Positions 63,885 through 64,000 of a stretch of DNA of 64,000 nt are shown one piece after another. A program made the translations under genes and the position numbers. A model generated the notes under the pieces. It saw only the letters and a list, made by a program, of their open reading frames with translations. It was not told the origin of the DNA and made no database searches. The first letter of the stretch is position 1; every line of letters starts with the position of its first letter. This stretch comes from Octopus sinensis (lineage: Eukaryota): NCBI RefSeq assembly GCF_006345805.1, contig NC_043005.1, positions 26,598,001 to 26,662,000 of the forward strand, given 5' to 3'.

Positions 63885-64000
63885 TACAGAATTACTTGTA
63901 AAATGCAATAAGATAAGCGGGGAAAGGGGCAACGAGAAAAATAAAGATATAAATGTATAAAATTGGACAAATCTCTATAAAATAATGATGTAATGATTTG

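Overview
AT-rich eukaryotic non-coding DNA, very rich in microsatellites, with one 100-N scaffold gap (8406-8505). The SINE families and repeat spectrum suggest an octopus/cephalopod genome (inference). I found no convincing host gene; almost all ORFs in the track are microsatellite read-throughs or transposon remnants. Recognisable content: a decayed Tx1/L1-clade LINE (ORF1 zinc knuckle, ORF2 endonuclease) plus a separate 3' fragment, both next to (TATC)n; two Dong/R4-type fragments inside (TAA)n; an internally deleted RTE LINE; three CR1/L2-group 3' fragments; a Gypsy pol remnant; two mariner remnants; dozens of SINE copies; and Penelope-like (PLE) remnants with several hammerhead-ribozyme motifs. 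Structures seen directly: a ~5.3 kb interrupted palindrome (23482-28771), a near-identical ~1.59 kb tandem duplication (37.7-40.9 kb), and at least five unrelated 120-440 bp fold-back hairpins. The most interesting leads are the hammerhead motifs (some complete), the microsatellite-specific retroelement insertions and the large inverted duplication. All alignments and translations were done by eye; coordinates of decayed elements are approximate.
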